Origin: Ignavibacteria bacterium
Lineage (GTDB): Bacteria; Bacteroidota; Ignavibacteria; Kapaibacteriales; UBA2268
Direction: 5' to 3'
Assembly (NCBI GenBank): GCA_031261605.1
Contig: JAISJI010000068.1
Coordinates: forward strand, 2,771 to 66,770
DNA length: 64,000 bases
The notes beneath the pieces were generated by a model. It saw only the letters and a list, made by a program, of their open reading frames with translations. It did not search any database and had not been told where the DNA came from. Below, piece by piece: positions 36,493 through 47,132 of this stretch. Position 1 is the stretch's first letter. Every line of letters begins with the position of its first letter. The translations under genes were made by a program, and so were the position numbers.

Positions 36493-37308
36493 ATGGAAAA
36501 CCAAGAATTATCCACAAACCAAAACACAAAAGATACTTCTGAAACCAAAAAGAAATATCCTAAAAAAGAGTACGCTAAGAAGCCAAAAAGAGAGCCGATA
36601 GATTACTCTAATCTTCCACCTAATACTATTTACAATGCACTTGTAGAATCCAATATAGAGTTTAGTCGTAAGGACTTACGCAAAATCTCTAACGCCGTCC
36701 ACGAGAAGTTTGTCAAGCGATACGGCGAGGATAAAGAGCCAGAAAAAGTGCAACAAAAAGAAAATGAAACCACTTACAATGTTTTCGTTTATCCAAACGA
36801 AATGCGCAGAGAAATCAAGAACATAGTCCAATGGTTCTTCCAAGTTAAGGATAAGCGGTCAGAGAAGCATATCCGATTACTCGCTCTTGAAAAATTGCAG
36901 AAATTGAAAAAACTTAACTCACCCGAATATGAAATGCTGCTCGTTAAGTTCAATATCGCCGAGGACGAAAGACGCAAACGCGAAAAAGCAGAACAACTAC
37001 TCCTAAAAGAGAAGGCAGCAAAGAAACTGCAACGACAACAACAGCAAACTACTAAAAAGCCGTTCAATAAAAATAACTATAAGAGCCCAAACTTTAAACC
37101 AAAATACAATAAAGATATCAAAGATAATAAGAAACCATACGTGAAACGCGAAAATGGTGATAAGAAAGTTGATGGTGATAAATCGACGCCGGCTTTTGTT
37201 GGAAGACGCTATAATGCTGATGCTCAAAAAGAAACTACTACTAATGATGAAGAAGTTAATATATTCAAAACTAAACCCACAAATTCTGAAACCATAGACA
37301 ACGAATAG
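36493..37308 (+). CDS. Hypothetical Lys/Glu-rich (highly charged) protein.
   Basis: 271 aa, about 40% K/E/R/D. An AAGGAG RBS precedes the start. No motif recognised. Confidence 0.5.
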   Translation: MENQELSTNQNTKDTSETKKKYPKKEYAKKPKREPIDYSNLPPNTIYNALVESNIEFSRKDLRKISNAVHEKFVKRYGEDKEPEKVQQKENETTYNVFVYPNEMRREIKNIVQWFFQVKDKRSEKHIRLLALEKLQKLKKLNSPEYEMLLVKFNIAEDERRKREKAEQLLLKEKAAKKLQRQQQQTTKKPFNKNNYKSPNFKPKYNKDIKDNKKPYVKRENGDKKVDGDKSTPAFVGRRYNADAQKETTTNDEEVNIFKTKPTNSETIDNE

Positions 37309-38549
37309 TGAACGCAAAAATAATACAAATAGCAAAATATATGGCAGCCGTTGCATCCTGCATCCTTATTGTCGGATGCAATGACCTGCCGACAGAAGTG
37401 GGAACAGCATTCCTACAAGACACCATAGGAATATCTATTGTAGCAGGTCAGGAGAACCGCATTATGCCTAATGCTTACTCTTACGCTGTTACACCTGCTG
37501 CAGAGCGAAACACCGGAAATATACTTATCGGAATCAATGGCAATACAAGAGCTGCTGCACTGATTCGCTTCAATGTTCCGATTGGTATGGCGGATATTGC
37601 AGATAGAATTGAAAATTGCCAACTGCATCTTATTCCAAATACTTACGCTATTGGTGATACGATAAGCAACCAACTCAACTTCAATATTATGGAAGTTACA
37701 AGCCATTGGACGCAAGAGACAACTACCCCAGAGGATGTGCTATCGTCCGATTTGCTGTATGCTGGTGGAATGGAAATCGCAAAATTTAGTGGCACTATCA
37801 ATAGAACGGACTCGCTTACAGATACGCTGATAATGGACTTCCCAAAGGATTTGCTCGCTCAATGGTTACACAATATTAACGATGGCACGAACATAACGGA
37901 TACCGTTTGGGGAATTGCTATTATTCCGCAAGCCGGCTCTAATATCATAAATGCCTTTAAGTCCTACTCAAGTGCTGCGGCTACACCCGGGACGTTTATT
38001 AAAATTAGATATTGGGATACAGCCCATACTACATTGGATTCATTCAATATGCTATCGGCAGAGGAGACGACTTTCGCTGCTACTACAGATGAGTATAACA
38101 CTGAGGATATTGTATTGCAAGGTGCAACTCGCACCCATAGCCGTTTTAACTTCAATCTATCAGAAGTGCCACAATTCGCAAGCGTTAATCTTGCTGAACT
38201 CACTCTTACATTAGATGAAGCAAATACCGTTCTCGGTAATAAGCCAGTGCCAGAGCAAATATATATGCATTACTTTGATGATACTACTTCCGGCGAAAAA
38301 CTTACGCATAGCCAAGCCGTTATCGTCGGTAACTACGATAGCACAAGCAAGACATATACGTTCCGTAGTTTCTTGAATTATCCACTGAATAAATTCGTTC
38401 GACAACAGAAGGGTATCGGAACATTAGTGCTTACTTTCGGCTCATTAGAATACGAATACAACCAACTAAATAAACTCGCTTTCTATGGATTAAACGCTAC
38501 GGACATCGCTAAACGACCTAAGTTCCGCATCGTATATTCCGCAGAATAA
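37308..38549 (+). CDS. Hypothetical lipoprotein.
   Basis: GTG start overlapping the upstream stop (taGtg). Lipobox ...CILIVGC. Confidence 0.5.
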   Translation: MNAKIIQIAKYMAAVASCILIVGCNDLPTEVGTAFLQDTIGISIVAGQENRIMPNAYSYAVTPAAERNTGNILIGINGNTRAAALIRFNVPIGMADIADRIENCQLHLIPNTYAIGDTISNQLNFNIMEVTSHWTQETTTPEDVLSSDLLYAGGMEIAKFSGTINRTDSLTDTLIMDFPKDLLAQWLHNINDGTNITDTVWGIAIIPQAGSNIINAFKSYSSAAATPGTFIKIRYWDTAHTTLDSFNMLSAEETTFAATTDEYNTEDIVLQGATRTHSRFNFNLSEVPQFASVNLAELTLTLDEANTVLGNKPVPEQIYMHYFDDTTSGEKLTHSQAVIVGNYDSTSKTYTFRSFLNYPLNKFVRQQKGIGTLVLTFGSLEYEYNQLNKLAFYGLNATDIAKRPKFRIVYSAE

Positions 38550-38582
38550 ATTTACATAAACACTCATAAATCAATATAAAAA

Positions 38583-39200
38583 ATGAAAAGAACAATCATT
38601 AACATTACAACTATCTGTATCCTTTTCGCTGCTATATCATTCAATTCTTGCAGCCAAGATACACCAAAACCTATTACCGCAAACAAAGACATAGCCAAAC
38701 TATACAACGGCGTAGATGTTACACCCGGTAAGGTATACCAAATCGTTAGCGTAGAAAACGCCGTCAATGGTAAAATGACCGACTTCGCTTTCCTTGATAA
38801 CGCCGGCAAAAAACACTCCATCCTCGAAGTTACTAAGAACAACTACGCTTTCCTTAACTTCTGGGGAACTTGGTGTCCGCCTTGCAGAAAGGAAATTCCA
38901 GACATCATCCAATTACAGAACGAACTCTCTAACAAACTCGTTGTTATTGGTGTTGCATTCGAACGCGATATAGAAAATGCTAAGAAAAAGGTTACTGAAT
39001 TCTCCGAAAAAAATGGCATCAACTACATCCTATTCGTTATTGATGGCGAACTAAAAGTCAAAATCAATGAGACCTACAATGGTATCAATGCCGTTCCAAC
39101 TACTTACATCGTAGATAAATCCAACGACATCTTTGAGAAAATTGTTGGCAGCCAATCAAAAGACGAATTTATGGCGACCATCAAAAAAATGATGAAATAG
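38583..39200 (+). CDS. TlpA/ResA-like thiol-disulfide oxidoreductase lipoprotein (thioredoxin fold).
   Basis: Lipoprotein signal ...FNSC. Active site WGTWCPPCRKEIP. Confidence 0.8.
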   Translation: MKRTIINITTICILFAAISFNSCSQDTPKPITANKDIAKLYNGVDVTPGKVYQIVSVENAVNGKMTDFAFLDNAGKKHSILEVTKNNYAFLNFWGTWCPPCRKEIPDIIQLQNELSNKLVVIGVAFERDIENAKKKVTEFSEKNGINYILFVIDGELKVKINETYNGINAVPTTYIVDKSNDIFEKIVGSQSKDEFMATIKKMMK

Positions 39201-39221
39201 CACATCCACAAAAGACAAAAA

Positions 39222-39253
39222 AAAGGCAGACCACAAAAGTCCGCCTTTTTTTA
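39222..39253. terminator. Bidirectional terminator.
   Basis: An A-run, then a ggcagac/gtccgcc stem with one mismatch, then a T7 run. Confidence 0.5.
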
Positions 39254-39274
39254 TTCTTGTGCCAGTATTACAAT

Positions 39275-42200
39275 TTATCTAACAATCTTCAATGCCCTTG
39301 TAGAACTCTTAGCATCCACTACAAATTCTAAGAAGTAACTGCCGGCTGGCAATGCTTGAACATCAATGTTGCGAACATAAGTCCCCGGTAAATAATCCTC
39401 TGCACTTACTGCACGGAGCAATCTGCCAGATATATCGCGAATGTTAAACTCTACGCTGTGCTGCGTTTCACCCAATACATTGAAACTTACCGTTGCTATT
39501 GCATTCGCTGGATTTGGACTCACTTCGCAATTAAATACTTCCGCAATTTCATCTTCCATTGAAGAAGCAACTCTGCCAATAAATTCTACTAACAACTCCG
39601 GTTGTGTAGGGTCATTTGATTTAATTACTAATGCACCCTCAAAAAAGCCAGCCGCCGTTGGATTGAATACGATGTCAAATTCCATCTCTTCATAAGTGCC
39701 GAGCGTTCCTAATTTTACAAACTCTAAACTATATATATTTTTATCCGTCTCTGCTGTTAGGTCTACTGCTGTTAGTGTTAATGGGGCTCCACCGGCATTC
39801 GTTACGAATATTGATTTACGCAATTTCTGCGAATTCAATGCTACAGGAGTCGGAGTGAAGTTATGGAATAAATCGGTAGCATCTACATATATCTTTGGAA
39901 CTAATGGACCGGCTGGGGCTTTCCCCTCTCCGGACAAAAACAACGAATAAGCCGGCTTTATTGGGTCGTTGCTTTGTACTGTTACAGCAATATTATTATA
40001 TTCTATCGGATTCTTTGGTAAGAATTGGATAATTAACGTATCCGATGAACCGGGTAATATTTCGCTTGCTGGTTGTCTCAAAATAGTAAATGAACCATCC
40101 GGGTCAGTTTCAATATCAACTGAATAGATAGACAATACATCAAAATCATTCGTTGCTGTGTTTCGCAATACTATTCGCTGAGTAGATGGCTGACTCGAAT
40201 CCACGGTCAATAAGCCAAAGTCAAAGTAAGTGCCACTTGATGCTATACTTGGTTTTGGAATATTCCTATATCCAAACCACCAATCCGTTAAGTTCTTAAA
40301 GAATTTCTTATTGGATGCTGCTCCATTGTTTAGCAAACTTGCGCCTGTCCAGCCAAAACCGGCTGTAAGCAACTTCTGCTGACCTTTTACCGTCTTTACT
40401 ACAGCTGCTTTTGCTCCCGATTGGTCGGCAGAAGTTGCATAATGGAATAACTTCGCAGATACACCCGGGTTTATCAAATTGAAATCAACGAAAATCGGTG
40501 AAGAACTTGCTAAGGGGGTGCCATCATTAATCAACAACGACAACACCTCGCCGTCATTTATACCCGAGCATAATGAATCAGTTGCTACCGAACCCCTTAC
40601 CTCAAATATTAGAGGAATATGGGTTGAGAAATTTGCCGTATAAGTTGATGCTTTAAGCGATACTCCTAATGCTTGGAACAATTTCGTATATGCTGCCTTC
40701 TCCTCGCTACTTGCATAGTTGGATTGTGCATACAACAGAGAAGCATCTGTAAATAATGCCAAGTGCTTACCACTCTCTACTACGCCATTCAAAAAATTTA
40801 ACTCCGGCAATTTCAATGAATTATACATTATTAAATTCTGCTCATTGGTAAAGTAGTCGTTGAAATTATTGTTAATAGCATAATATTGATCTATAGTTGT
40901 AGCGGGTGTGAATTGAGTATGAGTATTTTTAGTAACATAACTGACGATATACGCCTCAAAGGCATCCACAGGAATATTGCTGCAATAGCGGAACGGAAGC
41001 AATGCAATATTATTATAGTATGGATTACCTGTAATTGCTATGCTCATACGTCCCATTTCAATATCGCCAAACAAACCAAGTGCTCGTATTGAATCAGTCG
41101 CCAATACGGTATTTACATTAGATATTATCGGGTTTTGGTTATCTGCTGTATTTATCGGCAATACAGATAAATTGTATCCTGCTGCCATTCCATTACGATT
41201 CGGTGCCACTGCACTTATCGTTATTGTGGTATTGCTTGACGGTGCGAGAGTCAATGTATCCTTGTTGGAGGTAATCTTCCAGCCCTCTACTCGGGAGGTG
41301 CTACCATCTATATACACTATGGCTTTCACAGCAGAAGATGTTGGATTAGTCACCTTATATATTATATTTGTTGTGCTACCATTGGCTACTTTCTTAAACT
41401 TATCCGCATCATTATTATGCACCAAGTCCAATTTTATATTTGTATTTGTCTCGGCTGTCTTTACATTTACAACTCTATCCACTGCTACATCTAAGAGCAT
41501 TCTATCGAGATAAGCATTGCCATCACCTTCAACTATAAATCCCGGAGCTTCTATCGTTCCTACAACATACAAATACTTTGTATTCCACGATGGGTCTACT
41601 GCAAATTTGAAGTCAATACTTCCACCGGCAGCCGTCATAGTTGATTGCATTCCACCAACATTACCAGTGTAGAAAACCTCACGTGGCATAAACCAATGCT
41701 CCTCATTGCCGAACTTGTGGTATCCTTCTACCAATGTAATCTGTATCTGCTTCATTAGATATTGCTTAAAATTTTCGACAAATGCTACAGGCAAATCGCC
41801 CTGAGGTGCGGTGTAAGTGAGCCGTCCGGTGATATACCCATCCTTAAAACTGCTCGTTATTGTTGTGGGATATACCGCCTCAAAGATTCCATTTTCTGTC
41901 TCTAAGTCGGCAAGCGTTGAATACATAGTGTTGAGGTATGTTCCAAAATTAGAATGAGTTCCTATTGGACCACCTCCATCTGCAACAAACCACCAGTATG
42001 GATAATACAACACAACGGGCCACTGTGATAATTTCTGCATCCAAGCAAAAGCACGATACTTTGTCTCTGCTGCATTGTAGCGATAGGCACTATCGAACGA
42101 ATATGGTAACTGACCTGTTGTAATAGAGAAATTGGCATTATGTATGGAACGGCTTATAATAGGAATATTTTCGGCATCAAAGTTGTTCTTCATCCAATCA

Positions 42201-42346
42201 ATAGCCGATTTCATATTCGTGGATTTAGAGTCAACGCCAAAATAATCAATATAATCATACAGCCGCCCTATGCGAGTGGGAGAGGCATTACAAGCAAGTG
42301 TTGCAAGCAATGCAATTAATAATACAAATGAAAAGTATTTTTTCAT
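39275..42346 (-). CDS. Large secreted T9SS-cargo protein of unknown function, possibly a hydrolase.
   Basis: Signal peptide MKKYFSFVLLIALLATLACNA. C-terminal ~85 aa (...EVSPNPANAIATVSFNV...GSYFLEFVV...LKIVR) is a T9SS sorting domain. Confidence 0.6.
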   Translation of the reverse strand: MKKYFSFVLLIALLATLACNASPTRIGRLYDYIDYFGVDSKSTNMKSAIDWMKNNFDAENIPIISRSIHNANFSITTGQLPYSFDSAYRYNAAETKYRAFAWMQKLSQWPVVLYYPYWWFVADGGGPIGTHSNFGTYLNTMYSTLADLETENGIFEAVYPTTITSSFKDGYITGRLTYTAPQGDLPVAFVENFKQYLMKQIQITLVEGYHKFGNEEHWFMPREVFYTGNVGGMQSTMTAAGGSIDFKFAVDPSWNTKYLYVVGTIEAPGFIVEGDGNAYLDRMLLDVAVDRVVNVKTAETNTNIKLDLVHNNDADKFKKVANGSTTNIIYKVTNPTSSAVKAIVYIDGSTSRVEGWKITSNKDTLTLAPSSNTTITISAVAPNRNGMAAGYNLSVLPINTADNQNPIISNVNTVLATDSIRALGLFGDIEMGRMSIAITGNPYYNNIALLPFRYCSNIPVDAFEAYIVSYVTKNTHTQFTPATTIDQYYAINNNFNDYFTNEQNLIMYNSLKLPELNFLNGVVESGKHLALFTDASLLYAQSNYASSEEKAAYTKLFQALGVSLKASTYTANFSTHIPLIFEVRGSVATDSLCSGINDGEVLSLLINDGTPLASSSPIFVDFNLINPGVSAKLFHYATSADQSGAKAAVVKTVKGQQKLLTAGFGWTGASLLNNGAASNKKFFKNLTDWWFGYRNIPKPSIASSGTYFDFGLLTVDSSQPSTQRIVLRNTATNDFDVLSIYSVDIETDPDGSFTILRQPASEILPGSSDTLIIQFLPKNPIEYNNIAVTVQSNDPIKPAYSLFLSGEGKAPAGPLVPKIYVDATDLFHNFTPTPVALNSQKLRKSIFVTNAGGAPLTLTAVDLTAETDKNIYSLEFVKLGTLGTYEEMEFDIVFNPTAAGFFEGALVIKSNDPTQPELLVEFIGRVASSMEDEIAEVFNCEVSPNPANAIATVSFNVLGETQHSVEFNIRDISGRLLRAVSAEDYLPGTYVRNIDVQALPAGSYFLEFVVDAKSSTRALKIVR

Positions 42347-42660
42347 TGTTCACCTTTTTAATTTAATTTAACAAAAAATATATACGAATAGCGTAATATA
42401 ATAAATTTGTCGCTATTTTCTATTATTATATGCAAAATATTATATCTGTTCCCAGCCCCACCGAGTGAAAGAACTATGGATTAGGTGATTTCGTTTTTTT
42501 GGCACGATATTGGTATATGTATATGTATCAAAAAGATATGCTAAATATTGCAAAAATACTGACAAAATGTCGCATATATGACAAAAAATGGCAAAAAATG
42601 GCAGAATAAAGCATTAAATAACGATTTTTTTTTATTATACATATATACAGGTAAAAACAA

Positions 42661-44568
42661 ATGGCAAAAATTATTGGCATAGACCTTGGAACAACTAACT
42701 CCTGCGTATCCGTTATGGAAGGCAATTCACCAGTCGTAATTGCAAATTCCGAAGGAGGACGCACAACACCATCAATGGTCGGTTTCGCTAAGAACGGCGA
42801 AAAGTTGGTAGGTCAATCTGCAAAACGCCAAGCAGTAACTAATCCGAATAACACCGTTTATTCAATTAAAAGATTTATGGGACGCCGTCTCAACGAAGTA
42901 AACGAAGAGATTGGTATGGTCCCATACAAAGTAATAGCGTCCAGCGACGGCGGCTCCGTTAGAGTTGATATAGATGGACGAAATTATTCCGCACCAGAAA
43001 TATCAGCAATGATATTGCAAAAAATGAAGCAAACCGCTGAGGACTATTTAGGACAAAAAATAGAAGAAGCGGTAATCACCGTCCCCGCTTATTTCAACGA
43101 TGCACAGCGACAAGCAACCAAGGACGCAGGCGAAATAGCCGGTCTCAAAGTAAAGCGCATCATCAACGAGCCAACAGCCGCTGCACTTGCATACGGTTTG
43201 GATAAGAAAGGGAAGAATATGACCGTAGCGGTGTATGACCTTGGTGGTGGAACATTCGATATCTCGGTCTTAGAAATAGGCGATGGTGTATTTGAAGTGA
43301 AATCTACCAATGGCGATACGCATCTCGGGGGAGATAACTTCGACCAACGCATTATTGATTTCCTCGCCGATGAGTTCAATAAATCAGAAGGTATTGACTT
43401 ACGTAAAGACGCAATGGCTTTGCAACGCTTGCGTGAAGCATCCGAGAAAGCAAAAATAGAATTGTCACAAATGCTCCAGACAGACGTAAATCTTCCATTC
43501 ATCACAGCAACCCAAGACGGACCAAAGCACTTAAATATAAATATTACACGGGCGAAGTTCGAGTCCTTGTGTGCCGATTTATTTGATAAAACGCTCGTCC
43601 CTGTTGAAAACGCTATTAAAGATGCAAAGGTAAGCCCGCAACAAATAGACGAAGTGATACTCGTCGGTGGCTCTACACGTATCCCAAAAATACAGGAATT
43701 GGTAAAGAAGTATTTCGGCAAAGAGCCATCCAAAGGCGTAAATCCGGATGAAGTTGTTGCTGTCGGTGCTGCTATACAAGGTGGCGTGCTTGCTGGCGAT
43801 GTAAATGATATTTTGCTACTAGATGTTACCCCATTAACACTCGGAATAGAAACACAAGGCGGTGTGATGACCAATATGATTGGCTCAAATACAACGATAC
43901 CGGCTCGTAAGACAGAAATATTTAGCACTGCTGCCGATAACCAAACATCCGTAGAGGTGCATATATTGCAGGGAGAACGACCAATGGCACGCGATAACAA
44001 ATCGCTCGGTCGCTTCCATTTAGATGGTATTCCTCCGGCTCAACGCGGTGTTCCGCAGATAGAAGTAACTTTCGATATTGATGCTAACGGAATTCTCTCC
44101 GTTACAGCAAAGGATAAAGCAACAAATAAAGAGCAGAACATTCGTATAGAGGCATCTGGCGGTATCTCAAAAGAAGAAATAGAACGTATGAAATCTGAAG
44201 CACAAGCCAATGCTGATGCTGATAAGAAGCATAAAGAAGAAATCGATATGAAGAACCAAGCGGATTCCCTCGTATATTCTACCGACAAGCAACTCGCCGA
44301 ACTAGGAGATAAAATTCCAGCAGAGGACAAGGCAAAAATAGAAGCAGCAAAGGAAAAGTTGGCTCAAGCAATTAAAGACGAAAATGCAGGAAATATGCGA
44401 ACTTGCATTGATGAACTTAATCAAGCGTGGTCAGCAGCATCCGCAAAGATGTATAACCAAGGAGGAACACCTCCACCACCTACAAGCGAGGAAGTTCCAC
44501 CACAAGACAACAGCGGACAACAGCCCGGCGACAATGTAGAGGAAGCTGAATACACAGTCGTTGAATGA
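42661..44568 (+). CDS. dnaK: Chaperone DnaK (Hsp70).
   Basis: [35 protein letters not shown]. 635 aa. Confidence 0.95.
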   Translation: MAKIIGIDLGTTNSCVSVMEGNSPVVIANSEGGRTTPSMVGFAKNGEKLVGQSAKRQAVTNPNNTVYSIKRFMGRRLNEVNEEIGMVPYKVIASSDGGSVRVDIDGRNYSAPEISAMILQKMKQTAEDYLGQKIEEAVITVPAYFNDAQRQATKDAGEIAGLKVKRIINEPTAAALAYGLDKKGKNMTVAVYDLGGGTFDISVLEIGDGVFEVKSTNGDTHLGGDNFDQRIIDFLADEFNKSEGIDLRKDAMALQRLREASEKAKIELSQMLQTDVNLPFITATQDGPKHLNINITRAKFESLCADLFDKTLVPVENAIKDAKVSPQQIDEVILVGGSTRIPKIQELVKKYFGKEPSKGVNPDEVVAVGAAIQGGVLAGDVNDILLLDVTPLTLGIETQGGVMTNMIGSNTTIPARKTEIFSTAADNQTSVEVHILQGERPMARDNKSLGRFHLDGIPPAQRGVPQIEVTFDIDANGILSVTAKDKATNKEQNIRIEASGGISKEEIERMKSEAQANADADKKHKEEIDMKNQADSLVYSTDKQLAELGDKIPAEDKAKIEAAKEKLAQAIKDENAGNMRTCIDELNQAWSAASAKMYNQGGTPPPPTSEEVPPQDNSGQQPGDNVEEAEYTVVE

Positions 44569-44598
44569 TGTAATTTGTCTCTATACTATAGAATTTGT

Positions 44599-44622
44599 AG
44601 GGGTTCAAAATTTTGAACCCCT
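44599..44622. terminator. Bidirectional terminator hairpin after dnaK.
   Basis: Perfect palindrome AGGGGTTCAAAATTTTGAACCCCT, followed by a T-rich run. Confidence 0.6.
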
Positions 44623-44626
44623 ATTT

Positions 44627-45556
44627 CTATCTTACACTGACCGGAAAGAATGTCGGCAATGCTCCACCAATACAAGAAACATATTGATGAAATACACGTG
44701 CGCAATACTCCTGGTCTCTTTGCTCTAAATTGGTTTTGACCATACGGAACGGGTTCAATCGTCTGGAGTCGCCTCCTTTTATCAGACCAACTTCCCAGCA
44801 GACAAAGTATTGGTCTCTGTTGATTTCGTCACCAAAGAAGTATATGGCATCAAGGTCAGTAATGTTATGGCTTTGCATAATGCTATCTATTTTTGATTCT
44901 ATGGTTTCTGCTATGCTTGCATCCTTTGTAAGCGTCACATATTCTATGCCGAGAAGATTGTTATTTGAAATGATAGCAAAGCCGAGAATGGGGTCATAAA
45001 GATTGACTAAGAGACAATTATGGGTCGCATTATCGGGATAGTTATACGTGAATGTGTTGATGGCGCTGAATGGAATAGGATTAATGTCGGTCATCCGCAA
45101 GCCGAAGTTTTGGATAAAGGCATCGGCAGCATCTACAATAGCATTGCTAATTATAACCACAAGGTTCATCGGAGAGCCAGTGCCAGCAGGTAGTTGCGTA
45201 AGTTTAATACGATAGTCGTCTATGCTTGCATCGGGATTGGTCTGGCGAATTTCGAGGTTCATCAAATCAGAAAATTCATTCGAGCCGATTGGAACATTAC
45301 CCGGAATACTAGTCATAGTGTAGTAATTGGTATCGACTGTAACAAATACGCGACTGGTTTGTCCAATAAAATTTTCTAATGCGTCACCGATTTCGAATAC
45401 AGCCATAGATGCGGCTTCGGAGGTGATGTCGTTCAAATCTACGGCAGAAAATGACTTGACATAATGAACATAGAAAGCGGTCTCTGTTCTTTCGAGAACG
45501 GATAACAAGGTTTTATTCTTACTGAAATATATAGCAACGGAGAAATTTTGTTCCAT
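44627..45556 (-). CDS. Hypothetical protein.
   Basis: 309-aa ORF. No signal peptide or known motif recognised. Confidence 0.45.
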   Translation of the reverse strand: MEQNFSVAIYFSKNKTLLSVLERTETAFYVHYVKSFSAVDLNDITSEAASMAVFEIGDALENFIGQTSRVFVTVDTNYYTMTSIPGNVPIGSNEFSDLMNLEIRQTNPDASIDDYRIKLTQLPAGTGSPMNLVVIISNAIVDAADAFIQNFGLRMTDINPIPFSAINTFTYNYPDNATHNCLLVNLYDPILGFAIISNNNLLGIEYVTLTKDASIAETIESKIDSIMQSHNITDLDAIYFFGDEINRDQYFVCWEVGLIKGGDSRRLNPFRMVKTNLEQRDQEYCARVFHQYVSCIGGALPTFFPVSVR

Positions 45557-45595
45557 AGTTTTATTTGTTAGATTTGATGAATTTTTATTTTAAAT

Positions 45596-46993
45596 TTACA
45601 TATTTACACACTCACCGAATGCACTTGCAGCGGCTTCCATCACCGCTTCAGACAATGTAGGATGCGCGTGTATGGTTTCAATAATTTGCTTTGCCTTAAT
45701 GCCATTGGCTTTTGCGAGACACAATTCGCCAAGCAACTCTGTAACCTCCGGACCAATAAGATGCGCCCCGAGCAGCAAATCAGTTTTTTCGTCAAAGATA
45801 AGTTTTACAAAACCACGTGCATCACCCATAGCGTGTGCTTTACCACAAGCGGAGAAGGCGAATTTACCTATACGTAGGGAGTAGCCAAGTTCAATCGCTT
45901 TTGCTTCAGAGATACCGACTGATGCCACTTGCGGCTGACAATAAGTGCAACCGGGTATGTTCAGATAATCCACTTTTCGGTCGTGTCCGGCAATTCTTTC
46001 CGCAACAGCAATACCTTCCGCAGATGCTTTATGAGCAAGCCAAGGAGCGCCAGCAATATCGCCAATAGCGTATATATTAGGAGCAACTTGCAGGTTCTTA
46101 TCCACCGGTAAATAGCCACGAACGGGCTCTACACCTATATTCTCTAATCCGAGATTTTCGCAATTTGCTTGTATGCCGATAGCATTTAGTGCTATGTCTG
46201 CTACAAGTGTTTCTTCTGTTCCATCTTTCTTTTGCACTACTACTTCCACACCATCACCCACGTGTTTAGCAGACAGGACGCGGGTTGAAGTGAGCAAGCG
46301 TATTTTTTCTTTTCGGTAATTACGCTCCAATTCTTTAGAAATATCGGCATCTTCAATCGGTAAAATCCTATCTTGCATCTCCACAATAGTAACTTGCGAG
46401 CCGAACGCATTGAAGAAATAAGAGAACTCAACGCCAATAGCACCAGCACCCATAACGACAATGGACTTCGGAATTGCTTGCTGCACAAGGGCTTCACGGC
46501 TTGTGATTACATATTTCCTATCTACATCTATCCCATCAAACATACGAGGACGTGCGCCAGTTGCTATGATAATGCTTGTTGTATCAATGGTATCGGTTAT
46601 GTTGCCATCGTTATCGCGGACTTCAATAGATGTATTGGATTTTATGTAACCATTACCAGCAATGGACTGCACATTGTATTTTTTGAATAGGAATGCAATG
46701 CCCTGAGACATACGATTAGCAACATCCCTGCTACGTTTAACTACTTGCGGAAAGTCAAGAGCAAATGCAGGAATACTGAAGCCGTAGTCGTTTGGCTTAT
46801 GCAAAAAGTGCATATACTCGGCACTTTTGAGTAGCGCCTTAGTTGGGATACATCCCCAATTGAGACAGACACCGCCGAGGTTTTCGCGTTCAATACAGAT
46901 GGTTTTTAGTCCGAGTTGCGATGCACGTATAGCAGCAACATATCCACCGGGACCAGCGCCGATAACAACTAAATCAACGTTATGTGTGTTCAT
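45596..46993 (-). CDS. lpd: Dihydrolipoyl dehydrogenase.
   Basis: VIGAGPGGYVAAIRASQLG, GGVCLNWGCIPTKALL (redox disulfide), C-terminal HAHPTLSEA. Confidence 0.85.
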   Translation of the reverse strand: MNTHNVDLVVIGAGPGGYVAAIRASQLGLKTICIERENLGGVCLNWGCIPTKALLKSAEYMHFLHKPNDYGFSIPAFALDFPQVVKRSRDVANRMSQGIAFLFKKYNVQSIAGNGYIKSNTSIEVRDNDGNITDTIDTTSIIIATGARPRMFDGIDVDRKYVITSREALVQQAIPKSIVVMGAGAIGVEFSYFFNAFGSQVTIVEMQDRILPIEDADISKELERNYRKEKIRLLTSTRVLSAKHVGDGVEVVVQKKDGTEETLVADIALNAIGIQANCENLGLENIGVEPVRGYLPVDKNLQVAPNIYAIGDIAGAPWLAHKASAEGIAVAERIAGHDRKVDYLNIPGCTYCQPQVASVGISEAKAIELGYSLRIGKFAFSACGKAHAMGDARGFVKLIFDEKTDLLLGAHLIGPEVTELLGELCLAKANGIKAKQIIETIHAHPTLSEAVMEAAASAFGECVNM

Positions 46994-47132
46994 ATATAGT
47001 TCATTAATAAATCTAAATATAGCACCCCAAAGATAATGCTTTTTTTTGAAATTAATATTATACGCATTATAGATAAATGTAAAATTTGTATTATATTTAT
47101 GCTACATATATAAAAAATACAAGAGAGGAAAT

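Noticed and set aside
42347-42660. A TGGCACGATATTGGTA string upstream of dnaK as a sigma-54 promoter, and a search for a CIRCE/HrcA operator.
   Set aside because: The -12 element is not TTGC, so it is not a sigma-54 site. No CIRCE inverted repeat is present.
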